A stretch of 64,000 nucleotides of DNA from NCBI GenBank assembly GCA_963737655.1, contig CAVTTN010000002.1, positions 6,496,001 to 6,560,000 of the forward strand, in the 5' to 3' direction. A program made the translations under genes and the position numbers. Of this stretch, positions 8,877-19,286 are shown piece after piece. The notes beneath the pieces were generated by a model. It was not told where the DNA came from. It did not search any database and worked only from the letters and a program-made list of their open reading frames with translations. Position 1 is the first letter of the stretch. Each line of letters opens with the position of its first letter. This stretch comes from an uncultured Planctomycetota bacterium. GTDB lineage: Bacteria; Planctomycetota; Planctomycetia; Isosphaerales; Isosphaeraceae.

Positions 8877-10811
8877 GCATCCCGGTGGATTCGAATCTTT
8901 CGCTGGAGCCGGTGCCGGAGCCGAAGGGCCTGGGCCCGATCGGGCTGGAGGCGGCGGCGGTGGGCGTCGGCCTGGTGGCGGGCCTGGCCGAGCTCGGCTG
9001 GGTCGTCCTCCGCCCGGCCCTGGGCCTGCCCGTGGCGATCGACGCCCTGAGGATCAACCGCTTCGTGGCGTGGATGGCCCCCCTCTCCGACGCCGTCCTG
9101 TTCGGGATCGCCGGCCTGGTCCCCGCCCTGATCGCCCTGAGGTGGCCGAAGCTCGGGCGGAAGGTCGCGGCCGTGATGCTCGGCGGCCTGTTCGCCTGGG
9201 CGTTGATCGAGCGGGTCCCGGCCACCCTCCACTGGGCGGCCCGGCTCGCCCTGGTCGCGGGCCTGGGCACGCAGCTCGCCCGGCTCGCGGGGAAGCACCC
9301 GATGGCGACCGCCCGGGCCGTCCGGTTCGGCGTCCCGGCCCTGGTCGCCGCGATGGCCGTCCTCGGCCCGATCGTCCATTTCCGCGAGGTCGGCCGAGAG
9401 GCCCGGTCGCTGGCGGCCCTGCCCCCGGCCGATCCCTCGTCGCCCGACGTCTACCTGATCGTCCTGGACACCGTCCGGGCCGATCACCTGAGCGCCTTCG
9501 GCTACGACCGCGACACCTCGCCGAACCTGGCGAGATGGGCGGATCGGGGCGTCCGGTTCGAGAATGCCAGCTCCACCGCCCCGTGGACCTTGCCCTCCCA
9601 CGCCAGCCTGTTCACCGGGATGTGGCCCCACGAGCTCGGCGCCGACGAGTTCCACGCGATGGGCCCGTCGCCCCGGACCCTCGCCGAGGTCCTGGCCTCG
9701 CGAGGCTACGTCACGGCCGGGTTCGCGGCGAACTCGTACTACTGCAACGCGGCGTACGGCGTCGCCCGCGGGTTCGCTCACTACGAAGACTGTTATGAAA
9801 ATGCGACGATTTCGCCGGGCGAGGTGCTCCGCGCCTCGATCCTCGGCCGGAAGGTCGCGTCGGTCGCCTCGCGATGGACCGGCTGCCCTCCTCCCGAGGC
9901 GTCGGAGGACAAGAACGCGTCGAGGCTGACCGACGACGTGTTGAGCTGGGTCGACCACCGAGGCGGCCGGCCGGCGTTCGTGTTCGCGAACTATTTCGAC
10001 GCCCACGCGCCGTACTTGATCCCCGAGGGCGTCTCCGCCCGCAAGTTCGGCCTCGTCCCGGCCTCGCCCGACGAGGTGAAGCTGCTCCGCCGGTGGCACC
10101 AGGGGGACAAGCGGAACATCACGCCGAGGCAGGCGGAGCTCGTCCGCGACAGCTACGACGAGTGCCTCGCGTTCCTCGACTCGCAGCTCGGCCGGCTCCT
10201 GGACGAGCTGGAGAAGCGGGGGCGGCTCCATCGGTCGATCGTGATCGTGACGTCCGACCACGGCGAGGAATTCGGCGAGCACGGGCTGTACGGCCACGGC
10301 CGGAGCCTCTACCGGCCCGACTCCACGTCCCCCTGGTCGTCGTCGGCCCCTCGGTGCCGAAGGGCGCGAGGATCGGCGACCCGGTCAGCCTCCGCGACTT
10401 GCCGGCCACGATCCTGGACCTCCTCAAGGCGCCGGACCGGCCGAATTCCCCGGGCGGTCGCTGGCGGCGGCGTGGTCGGGAGGCGGATTGGGGCCGGCCC
10501 CGATCCTGGCCGAGGTGGCCCACAAGCCGAAGTCGAAGAAGATCAGGAACCGGCCCCCGGCGTGGCTCGGGCCGATGTGGTCGGTGCAGACCGGGGCGAT
10601 CAAGTACATCCGCAACGCCGACGGCCGCGAGGAGATGTACGACCTCGCCGCCGACCTCGGCGAGACCCGGAACCTCGCCGGGACCGGCCCCCGCCCGACG
10701 GTCCTGGAGGGCCTCCGCCTGACCCTGGATCGGCTCCGAACCGGGACCGACCTCCCGGCCGAGGCGAGCGTGGCCTCCGGCGAGGGGAACGCGGACATCC
10801 TCCGGCGATGA
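8873..10811 (+). CDS. Membrane-anchored sulfatase-like hydrolase/transferase, paralog of upstream gene (frameshifts ~10320 and ~10455)
   Basis: TM domain, LDTVRADH, PWTLPSHAS, SDHGEEFGEHG; C-terminus continues in ORF 10488-10811 (KYIRNADGREEMYDL). Confidence 0.85.
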
Positions 10812-10906
10812 GATGAGAAGACGTCGGCCTCATGCCAGGCACCCCCGGCCCTTCTCGGATGAAGAGAAGCGCCGGGGATGCCGGACATGAGGCCGACGAA
10901 CCGGCG

Positions 10907-12750
10907 TCAGGCGTCCTCGCCTTCGGCCTCGTCTTCGGCTTCGTCTTCGGCCTCGGCGTCCGCTTCGGGTTCGGGCGCGGGTTCGGCCGGCTCGGCGGTC
11001 CCGCCGAGGCTGAACAGCGGGCCTCCCCCGCCGAGTCCGCCCTTGAGCTCCTTCGAGGGCGGGGTGGTCGTCGAGGCCGCGGCCTCGCCGTCCTCGCCCT
11101 CGATCTCCTCGCCGTCGGGCCCGGACTTCTTCCGGGAGAGGCCGATCTTCCGCTCTCCGCGATCGACCCGGAGGATCTTGACCTCGATCTCGTCGCCGAC
11201 GTTGACGACCTCCTCCGGGCTATCGACCTTGTGGTCGGCCAGCTCGGAGATGTGCAGCAAGCCTTCCAGGCCCGGCTCCAGCTCGACGAACACGCCGAAG
11301 TTGGTGAGCTTGGTGACCTTGCCCGTGACGACGTCGTTGGGCTTGTAGCGGTCGGGGATGTCCGTCTCCCACGGGTCCTGCTTCAGCTGCTTCAGGCCCA
11401 GGGCGATCCGCTTGCGCTCCTGGTCGACGTTGAGGACCTGGCAGACCACGCGCTGGCCCTTCTCCAGCAGCTCGTTGGGGTGGCCGATCTTGCGGGTCCA
11501 GCTCATGTCGCTGATGTGCAGGAGGCCGTCGATCCCTTCCTCGATCTCGATGAAGGCGCCGTAGTTGGTCAGGTTGCGGACGGTGCCCTCGATCATCGTG
11601 CCGGGCGGGTACTTCTGGGCGACCTGGTCCCACGGGTTGGCCTGGGTCTGCTTCATCCCCAGCGAGATTTCCTGCTTCTCGCGGTTGATGCCCAGGACGA
11701 CGACCTCGATCTTGTCGCCGATGTTGACCAGCTCGCTCGGATGGTTGATCCGCTTCGTCCAGGACATCTCGGAGATGTGAACGAGCCCCTCGATGCCTTC
11801 TTCCAGCTTCACGAAGGCGCCGTAGGACATCACGTTGACGACCTCGCCCAGGACGCGGGTGCCGACCGGGTACTTGTCGGCGACGTTCTCCCACGGGCTG
11901 GCGCGTCTTCTGCTTCAGGCCCAGGGCGATCTTCTCGCGGTCCTTGTCCACGTGGAGGACCATGACCTCGATCTGGTCGTCGATCCGCACCATGTCGCTC
12001 GGGTGGTTGATCCGGCCCCAGGACATGTCGGTGATGTGCAGCAGGCCGTCGATCCCGCCGAGGTCGACGAACGCGCCGAAGTCGGCGATGTTCTTGACCG
12101 TCCCCCTGCGGACCTGCCCGACCTCGATCTCGCCCAGGAGGTTCTTCTTGAGCTGCTCGCGGGTGATCTCGATCAGCTTGCGGCGGGAGACGACGATGTT
12201 GCGCCGGCCCTCGTCGATCTTGAGGATCATGCACTCGATGGTCTGGCCGATGTAGTCGCCGATGTCGCTGGGGCGGCGGATATCGACCTGGCTGGCGGGC
12301 AGGAAGACGTTCACGCCGATGTCGACGAGCAGGCCGCCCTTGATCTTCTTGGTCACGAGCCCGGCGACGACGTCGCCCTCGTGATACTTGGAGATCACCA
12401 TCTCCCAGGCGCGCATCCGGACGGCCTTGCGCGCGAGACAGGACGATCTCGCCGGTGTCGTCGTCCATGCCCTCCAGGAGGACGTCGACGCTGTCGCCGT
12501 GCTGGGGGGGCGCCTCGCCCTCGTCCCACTCGTTCAGGGGGACCAGGCCCTCGGACTTGTAGCCGATATCGACGACGACCTGGTCGCCGACGGTCTCGAT
12601 GACCTTGCCCGAGACGATCCCGCCGATCTCGAAGCCCTGGCCCCCGCCGAGGGCGTGCTCCATGGCGTCGATGTCGCCGTCGGTGGCGACGGCCAGGGCC
12701 ATCTCGTCGTCGCTGATGTCGAATTCGCGGAGGAGATTGCGATCAACCAT
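10907..12750 (-). CDS. rpsA: 30S ribosomal protein S1 (apparent frameshifts ~12430 and ~11903)
   Basis: Six S1 repeats (DIGYKSEG, FLPASQV, DGLLHITDMSW, EGLVHISEMSW etc.) spread over three overlapping ORFs. Confidence 0.95.
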
Positions 12751-12954
12751 GAAAAGGTTCGATTCCACCCGATCGAGGGCCGTCCCCAGCCGCGGCGCGG
12801 GCGGTCCGGGAGTCGTCGGCCCCGTCGGCACGAGGGCAAGACAGAGAACGGGCCGATCCCCCGCGCCCGGGGACGGCCACGACCGATTGCGACGCAATTC
12901 CTCATTGTAACGCCGCCGGACGGCCGGGCCCAGGGCAACTGGCGTTTTCCGAGA

Positions 12955-13054
12955 GGCCCGGATGGCATGCTAACGTCCGCGTGAGCATGTCTTCCGATCG
13001 AGCGAAGTCGGGCTGGAGACATGCTCACGCGGACGTCAGCATGCCACCCGGGCC
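12955..13054. repeat. Second REP/REPIN-like family: 38-bp inverted repeat pair
   Basis: 12955-12992 versus 13017-13054, 2 mismatches; each arm is internally palindromic (GCATGCTNACG-TCCG-CGTGAGCATG). Confidence 0.75.
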
Positions 13055-13689
13055 CGACCGTCGTCGTCGGGCGACCGCGAAGGATGGGCAAATCGGGCCG
13101 ATCACGCCGACTCTGACCTTGAACGAGAAAATCATCAAATCTGTTAGGAAATTCATGTATAAGGACCGTAAATTCCCTGAAATTGACCGTCGCGAGGAAG
13201 TTGACTACACTTTTTGTCGAAAAAACGCGAAAAGGGCGGAAATCCTAGGGGATTCGCGGCGCAACGGGGCGTGCGCGGGCAGGTCGGCTCATGTCCGAAC
13301 GTCTCGATAAAAAAGTCGCAAAGCCCATCGAATCCCGGGGATGCGGCGGACCGCCTCGCGACCCATTTGGCCCCAATCTCGCACTTTGGCCTGCACGACT
13401 CTGGGCGCGAGTTCGATCCACGATTTCACAATCGATCGCATGATAGCGTGGTGAATCGGATCATGAATCATCCGCGGCCGACGGATTCGGTGATCGCCGG
13501 GCGGCCGGCTTTCGATGATCCGGGATGAGCGGCCGGCGTGGCCGGGCGACCCCCGTCTCGGGGCGAAGCCTCCTCGCCGATCGCGGAACGCCTCGCTCAC
13601 GAAAAGTTCATTCGACGGCCGGCGCGATCGCGGCCAAGATCGAGAGGAGTTCCCGATCGCCCCGCCTCCTTTCGGATGAGACTCGCGCC

Positions 13690-14670
13690 ATGACGAAGAC
13701 TCGCCCCGTCTCGATCGGCTCGCTGGCCCTGGCCCTGGCCTTTTTCGGCGGGACGGGGCGCGCCTCGGCCCAGGCGGCCCCCCGGCTCTACGTGCCCCCG
13801 CCCGACGCCGAATGGACGGCCGATGCCGAGGTCGCCGAGCCCCGGCCCGTGACCGGGGATGGCCTCGGCGCCGCCCAGGGGATCGCGGTCCGCGACGGCA
13901 AGGTCTACGCCTATGGCGACGTCCGGTTCCCTCCGCCCCGCGTCGGCGTGATCCGCGAATATGACCTCGACCTGAAGCCCACCGGCCGCGCGGTGTGGCT
14001 CCGCAAGGACGGCAAGCCCCTCCTGCTCCATCCCACCGGCCTGACCTGGGACGACCATTTCGGCACGTTCCTGGGCGACACCGTGGACAAGAAAGCGGTG
14101 ATCTACCGGCTCGACTGGGACAAAGCCTGGGCCGAGGGGAACCTGGACCACGCGGTCCTGGACGTGGTCGAGGACGACGCGGCGGTCAACGGCTGCCGGC
14201 CGGCGCTGGTCACGGTCAACGGCCGAACCCTGTTAGCCACCGCCGATTACGGCGACGTCCGGCCCGAGCTTCGGCTCTACGACCCGGACCTCCTGCTCAA
14301 GGCGAAGAGGTCCAGCGCCCCGGGGGTCGTGGCGGCCCGGGTCCTGGCCGGTCCGTGGAACCAGAACCTCCACTGGGACGCCCAGACCCGCCGCCTGACC
14401 TGCGTTCAGAACGTGATCGAGGGCCGAGGCTGGCGGCTCGACGTCCTGGATCTCGACAAGGCGCTGGCCGACGGCCGGGCCTCGGGGCCGGGCGTCCGGG
14501 TGGCCGTCGAGACGTTCCCCCCTCACGACGAGCTCGAAGGCTACTGGCCGCTGGATCGCCGAAGGTCGCTGCTGATCACCTCCAGCCCGACCCACAATAT
14601 CCTGATCGGCGAGATCCGGGCGACGCCCCCGAGGCCATCCCCTCCGCCTCCGCCGGCCGCGGGGCGATGA
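13690..14670 (+). CDS. Secreted hypothetical protein, possibly beta-propeller-like
   Basis: Signal peptide ending ASA-Q; beta-rich repeats such as AQGIAVRDGKVY, HPTGLTWD, WNQNLHWD, ELEG. Confidence 0.7.
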   Translation: MTKTRPVSIGSLALALAFFGGTGRASAQAAPRLYVPPPDAEWTADAEVAEPRPVTGDGLGAAQGIAVRDGKVYAYGDVRFPPPRVGVIREYDLDLKPTGRAVWLRKDGKPLLLHPTGLTWDDHFGTFLGDTVDKKAVIYRLDWDKAWAEGNLDHAVLDVVEDDAAVNGCRPALVTVNGRTLLATADYGDVRPELRLYDPDLLLKAKRSSAPGVVAARVLAGPWNQNLHWDAQTRRLTCVQNVIEGRGWRLDVLDLDKALADGRASGPGVRVAVETFPPHDELEGYWPLDRRRSLLITSSPTHNILIGEIRATPPRPSPPPPPAAGR

Positions 14671-14831
14671 GCCGGCGAGGCCGACACCGGGCCGTCTCCT
14701 GTTCGCGTCGGTCGGGATCACGAGGACTGGCCCCGGGTGAACCCGCCCGGCGCCGCTCTTGACCGAACGGCCGAACCGGATTAGCCTCCCGGCCCGTCCC
14801 GGATCGGGCGGGCCGAAGGAGGCGGGCCATC

Positions 14832-15050
14832 ATGTCGCGACGGATCGCTCTGGGCTTGGTGGGTCTGGCGCTGATGGCCTCGGCCGGAGGCTGCCAGACG
14901 ATGCAGACGCCCTGGAATCGCGACCCGGTGCCTCGGGAGGAACCCGAAGACCCGGCGGTGATCGCCCGTCGCGAGCGGATGAAGACGGCCGGGATGCTGC
15001 CGGGGCTGTCCCGGGGCGGGTTCGCGGCCGAGTCGCCCGTCTCGCCCTGA
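14832..15050 (+). CDS. Small putative lipoprotein
   Basis: AAGGAGG RBS; MSRRIALGLVGLALMASAGG-C lipobox-like signal. Confidence 0.6.
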   Translation: MSRRIALGLVGLALMASAGGCQTMQTPWNRDPVPREEPEDPAVIARRERMKTAGMLPGLSRGGFAAESPVSP

Positions 15051-15619
15051 CCCCGGCCCGCCCGCGCGACCTCGAACGCGAAGAAAAGCCGAGCGCGGCC
15101 CGCGGGGCCTCTCCGTCCGTGGAGAGGGGTCCCGCGGGCCGTGCGGCCTTCCCGCGAGGGTCCGCGGCCGGGCCCAGGGCCCGGACGCCGTCCCTCGGAA
15201 ATGAGTGCGATCCCGGCGCGCGCGTCCTGCCGGCTCGGCATCGACCCATCTTATTTTTCCAGCAATACGATCTCGGCCAGGCCCGGCGGCGGTGCCGGGG
15301 CGAAGGGAGGGGCCGGGAGGTCTCGGGACGGGTGGGGGACCAGGCTCGCGGCCAGCGTCGGGGCCGCGTTCCCATGTCGGTGGCCAACATACGACCGGCC
15401 CCCGGCCTCGTCAACCCTGAGCCGTCGGAGTTTTTCCGACGGCCGGGGCGGGGCCGTCGCTGGCGGAATACCGACAAGGCTTTACGGATCGGCAAGATTT
15501 TCCGTTTCGCCGACTTTGGCCCGATCACCCCCCGGCCCGACCAGTGGCGGAGGGCCGGGACCCGCGATAGACTGCCTTCTGGGAACGCCTTCGGGGACGA
15601 CCAGCGGAGCGGAGACAGG

Positions 15620-16306
15620 ATGAGGAACGTGGTCACGATCGACGGCCCGGCCGGGGCGGGCAAGAGCACCGTGGCCAGGCTCCTGGCCGATCGGCTCGGA
15701 TGGCGGCTCCTGGACACCGGCGCCATGTACCGCGCCGTGACCCTGGCGGCCCTCCGCGCCGCCGTGGACCTGGCGAGCGACGAGGCCCTGGGCACGCTGA
15801 CCGCCCGGGTCGAGGTCCGCCTGCCTCCCGGCCAGGTCCTCCTGGACGGCGAGGACGTGACCGGCCTGATCCGCTCGGTCGAGGTCACCCGGGCCTCGCG
15901 ATACCTGGCCGACAGCCCGAGCGTCCGGGGGCAGATGGTCCGGCTCCAACGGGCCTTCGCCGCCGAGAACCCGGTGGTGGCCGAGGGCCGCGACCAGGGC
16001 ACCGTCGTCTTCCCCGACGCCTTCCGCAAGTTCTTTCTCACGGCGACCCTGGAAGAACGGGCCCGCCGTCGCCTGGCCGAGTTCCTCGCCCGGGGCGAGA
16101 CGATCGACGCCGCCTCCGTCGCCGCCGACCTCCGCGACCGCGACAGCCGGGACGAGGCCCGGGCCATCGCCCCGATGAAGCCCGCCGCCGACGCCCGGCT
16201 CGTCGATACCACCGGGATGGACCTCGTCGCCGTGATCGACCTGCTCGAAGGAGAGGTTCGAGCCGCCCGAACCGGGTCCCCGACCCCGGAGCCCTCTCGG
16301 CCATGA
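15620..16306 (+). CDS. cmk: Cytidylate kinase
   Basis: VVTIDGPAGAGKST, LDTGAMYR, EGRDQGTVVFPDA. Confidence 0.95.
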   Translation: MRNVVTIDGPAGAGKSTVARLLADRLGWRLLDTGAMYRAVTLAALRAAVDLASDEALGTLTARVEVRLPPGQVLLDGEDVTGLIRSVEVTRASRYLADSPSVRGQMVRLQRAFAAENPVVAEGRDQGTVVFPDAFRKFFLTATLEERARRRLAEFLARGETIDAASVAADLRDRDSRDEARAIAPMKPAADARLVDTTGMDLVAVIDLLEGEVRAARTGSPTPEPSRP

Positions 16307-17007
16307 CCACCGCCGAGGCCCCACCCGCCCGCCCCGGGGCCGTCGCCCCCTCTCGCGACCGCTCCCTCGTCAAGATCCTCTGGTATCGGCTGATCCAGCA
16401 GGTCGTCACCCAGGTGGTCTCGGTCTCCGGCGGAATCCGCGCCACCGGCCGGGGGGATTTCCCCGCAAGTGGCGGCGTGATCTTGCTTTCGAACCATTTG
16501 AGCCATCTGGACGTCTTCGTCCTCGGCCTGCTCTTGCCCCGCCCCCTGAACTACGTGGCCCGATCGACCCTGTTCGTCCCCGGCCTCGGCTTCCTGATCC
16601 GATCGGTCGGCGGGTTCGCGATCCAGAGGGACGGTCGGGGGTCGGAGGGGTTCAAGGAGACCCTCCGCCGGGTCCGCGCCGGGGGGATCGTGACCTTCTT
16701 CCCCGAGGGCACCCGGTCCCCCGACGGCGATCTGAAGGCCCTGAAACCCGGGATCGTAGCCCTCGCCGGACGCGCCGGGGTGCCGATCATCCCGGCCGCG
16801 ATTGCCGGGACGTTCGAATCCTGGCCAAAGTCCCGGGCCTTCCCCCGTCCCCACCCCATCCGGGTCCACTACGGAAAGCCCATCTTCCCGGCCGATCTCA
16901 AGGGCCTCGACCCCGACTCCATCGTCAAACTCCTCCAGGACCGAATCCTCGAAAGCCAATCCATCGCCCGGGAGGGACTTCGCGGCGACCTGGGGGCATT
17001 CGGGTAA
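16303..17007 (+). CDS. plsC: 1-acyl-sn-glycerol-3-phosphate acyltransferase
   Basis: NHLSHLD (HxxxxD) and FPEGTRS motifs; ATGA-coupled to cmk. Confidence 0.9.
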   Translation: MTTAEAPPARPGAVAPSRDRSLVKILWYRLIQQVVTQVVSVSGGIRATGRGDFPASGGVILLSNHLSHLDVFVLGLLLPRPLNYVARSTLFVPGLGFLIRSVGGFAIQRDGRGSEGFKETLRRVRAGGIVTFFPEGTRSPDGDLKALKPGIVALAGRAGVPIIPAAIAGTFESWPKSRAFPRPHPIRVHYGKPIFPADLKGLDPDSIVKLLQDRILESQSIAREGLRGDLGAFG

Positions 17008-17322
17008 GTACAGGACATGCGTGGACCCCGTGAATCGTCCCGAATCGCCCGCAAAACTCCCCCGGAATCGCGAGCTTTCTCCCCCATCCCAATCCTCCAC
17101 GAAATTGCGGTTGGCGGATTTTGGGGGGTCGGGTAAAGTCCCGACGATTCGCGGCCGACCGGACCCGGCGGCGTGCTCCCAGAGTCTCCCGGCTCGGCAC
17201 CACGGACGGGCCGGGTCGAAGGTCGGTCCCGGCGGCGGTCTTCTCTCGGGCCGAGGGATCGACTCGCCTGCCTTCCCCATCGAGGAGGCGGCGCGAAGGT
17301 CGCTCGGCGAAGGAGCTTCTCG

Positions 17323-17730
17323 ATGCGACAGGCCCAGCAAACGCGGATCGCCGCCCTGATCGCCCTGGCCGGGCTGACCTGGGGGAGCGGATGCATCCAC
17401 AACCACTATTACGGCTATCCCGCCGGCCAGGCCGTCTCGGCCTGCGACCCGCAAGTCGGCACGATCACCGCCTCGATCCCGGCCGTCGGCACGGTCTGCG
17501 AGGTCTCGCCCGGCTCCTCCGGGGCGATGGTGGCCCAAAATACCCCGATCTCGGGCCGGGCCACCCCGATCCTGAGCAACGCCAGTCGCTCGCCGGGCCG
17601 GGTGATCGTCAGCCAGCCCCTGGGCGGGAACCTGGCGGGCCGGAACGTCGCGTGGAAGCGCCGCGACCCCGAAAGCCTGGCCACCACCCGCACGGAAGGG
17701 GCCTATGAGGACGGGACGGAAGTCCGCTAG
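17323..17730 (+). CDS. Putative lipoprotein
   Basis: AAGGAG RBS; hydrophobic signal ending WGSG-C. Confidence 0.65.
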   Translation: MRQAQQTRIAALIALAGLTWGSGCIHNHYYGYPAGQAVSACDPQVGTITASIPAVGTVCEVSPGSSGAMVAQNTPISGRATPILSNASRSPGRVIVSQPLGGNLAGRNVAWKRRDPESLATTRTEGAYEDGTEVR

Positions 17731-17781
17731 ACCCCGCCGATCCCCCATCTCCCGAATCCGCCCCGGAATGCCGGAGCCACC

Positions 17782-18654
17782 ATGCCCCGCCTGGATTTCC
17801 GAGACGCCCGCTGCCTGGTCACGGGGGCCTCGACGGGCCTGGGCCGGGCCCTGGCCGCCGAGCTCGTCCGCCGAGGGGCCCGGGTCGCGCTCGTGGCCCG
17901 GAACGAGGCCCGCCTGGACCAGGCCCGAGCGGCCCTGATCGCCTCGGGGGCACCGGCCGCCGCCGTCCTCCCCATCGTCGCCGACATCACCTCCTCCGAC
18001 GACCGTTCCCGCCTTTTTGAAACGATTGACCACCATTTCGGAACCGCGCTGGACCTGGCGATCAACAACGCGGGCCTCGGCGCCTACGGCCGGTTCGAGA
18101 GCCACGACGAATCGGTCGCCCGCCGCCTCTTCGAAACCAATGTCTTCGGCCTGATGGAGATCGCGCGGGCCGCCCTGCCCCGCCTCCGCCGAGGACGGCC
18201 GGGCCGGACCCTGGTGAACATCGGCTCGATCGTCGCAAGGCGAGGGCTGCCAGGACGTTCCGAATACTCGGCCAGCAAGTTCGCCGTGACCGGCTTCACC
18301 GAGGCCATCCGGGCCGAATGGGCCCGGGACGACATCCGGGTGACCCTGATCAACCCCGGCTTCACCGCCACCGAGTTCGAGAAGAACCTCGTGGTGGACA
18401 CCGCCGTGTACAAAACCCAACAACGCCGAACGATGACGGCCGAAGCGGTGGCAAGAGCCACGCTCAAGGCCATCGAACGCGGCAAGAACGAGGTCACGCT
18501 CTCGCCCGGCGGCCGGCTGATGGTCCTGACCAACCGCCTCCTGCCCCGATTCGTGGACTGGGGCCTCTCGCGATGGACCAAACGCCTCTACAACGAGGCC
18601 GAAGCCGCCGAATCCCGACCCGAGCCAATTGCCGGGGCCCCAACCCACCCTTAG
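17782..18654 (+). CDS. Short-chain dehydrogenase/reductase
   Basis: TGASTGLG, NNAG, YSASK catalytic motif. Confidence 0.93.
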   Translation: MPRLDFRDARCLVTGASTGLGRALAAELVRRGARVALVARNEARLDQARAALIASGAPAAAVLPIVADITSSDDRSRLFETIDHHFGTALDLAINNAGLGAYGRFESHDESVARRLFETNVFGLMEIARAALPRLRRGRPGRTLVNIGSIVARRGLPGRSEYSASKFAVTGFTEAIRAEWARDDIRVTLINPGFTATEFEKNLVVDTAVYKTQQRRTMTAEAVARATLKAIERGKNEVTLSPGGRLMVLTNRLLPRFVDWGLSRWTKRLYNEAEAAESRPEPIAGAPTHP

Positions 18655-18667
18655 AATAAGCCGCCCG

Positions 18668-18739
18668 GGGCGATTAGCTCAGTCGGTAGAGCCCTGCTTT
18701 ACACGCAGGATGTCACAGGTTCGAGTCCTGTATCGCCCA
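18668..18739 (+). tRNA. tRNA-Val (TAC)
   Basis: Cloverleaf GGGCGAT/ATCGCCC, D arm GCTC/GAGC, CCTGC-TTTACAC-GCAGG, GGTTCGAGTCC; nucleotide 26 appears missing, likely a sequencing deletion; no encoded CCA. Confidence 0.93.
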
Positions 18740-18809
18740 CTGGAAGTCTTTATTTAACAAGGGTTTGCAATTATTTCGGCGAGTTCTAGTCCGCATGCCT
18801 TTTCCGCAG

Positions 18810-18990
18810 GATGATGCGACCGCGGCGCGGACCTTGTCCAGGCCCATGGCTCCGATCAAGGTTACCGACTCCCTTGACGGCGCTGCTGACGACGCGACCC
18901 GTTCCCCTCGCGGGTCTCGGCCTCCAGGCGTCATGGCCGATGTGACCCCGGTCTCGTCCACGAAAAGAAGCCCTGACGGGACATCGAAGC
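18810..18990 (-). mobile_element. IS630-family transposase remnant
   Basis: LLFVDETGVTSAMT..GRDPRGERV....SVTLIGAMGLDKV resembles the first DDE region of IS630 transposases; truncated on both sides. Confidence 0.7.
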
Positions 18991-19286
18991 CGATCGAGGC
19001 CTTCCTGATCGAGGATCGAAGCGGTCCCTCCAGGTCAAGGGTCAGCCGAATCGGTCGGGGCCCGGAGTTCGAGTGGCCGGTGATCGTCAGGACGTTGAAA
19101 AGGAACCGGACGGCGAGTTTCGGTCGAGAGACCTCACGGTGATCGCCATCACATCCGAGAGGCGGCAGTCAGAGGCCCCCCTCTTTCGCAGGGTGCTCCG
19201 CAACGGAACCGAACAACAATGAGGGGCCGGAACGCTCGATAGGAAGCGTCCCGGCCCTTGCGATAAGTCCGGCACGTCGCGAGATT

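Noticed and set aside
6942..10811. Canonical formylglycine sulfatases
   Set aside because: They have WTLPSH instead of C/SxPxR, so they are called sulfatase-like only
11890..12440. Programmed frameshifting or pseudogenisation of rpsA
   Set aside because: No slippery site, and window-wide indel errors explain it more simply
13305..13365. c-di-GMP-I riboswitch (GCAAAGC-like word)
   Set aside because: The upstream GGCAAAC/GAAA stem needed for the motif is missing
14830..18648. 1272 aa minus-strand ORF
   Set aside because: Shadow of cmk, plsC and the SDR gene in high-GC DNA; no recognisable motifs
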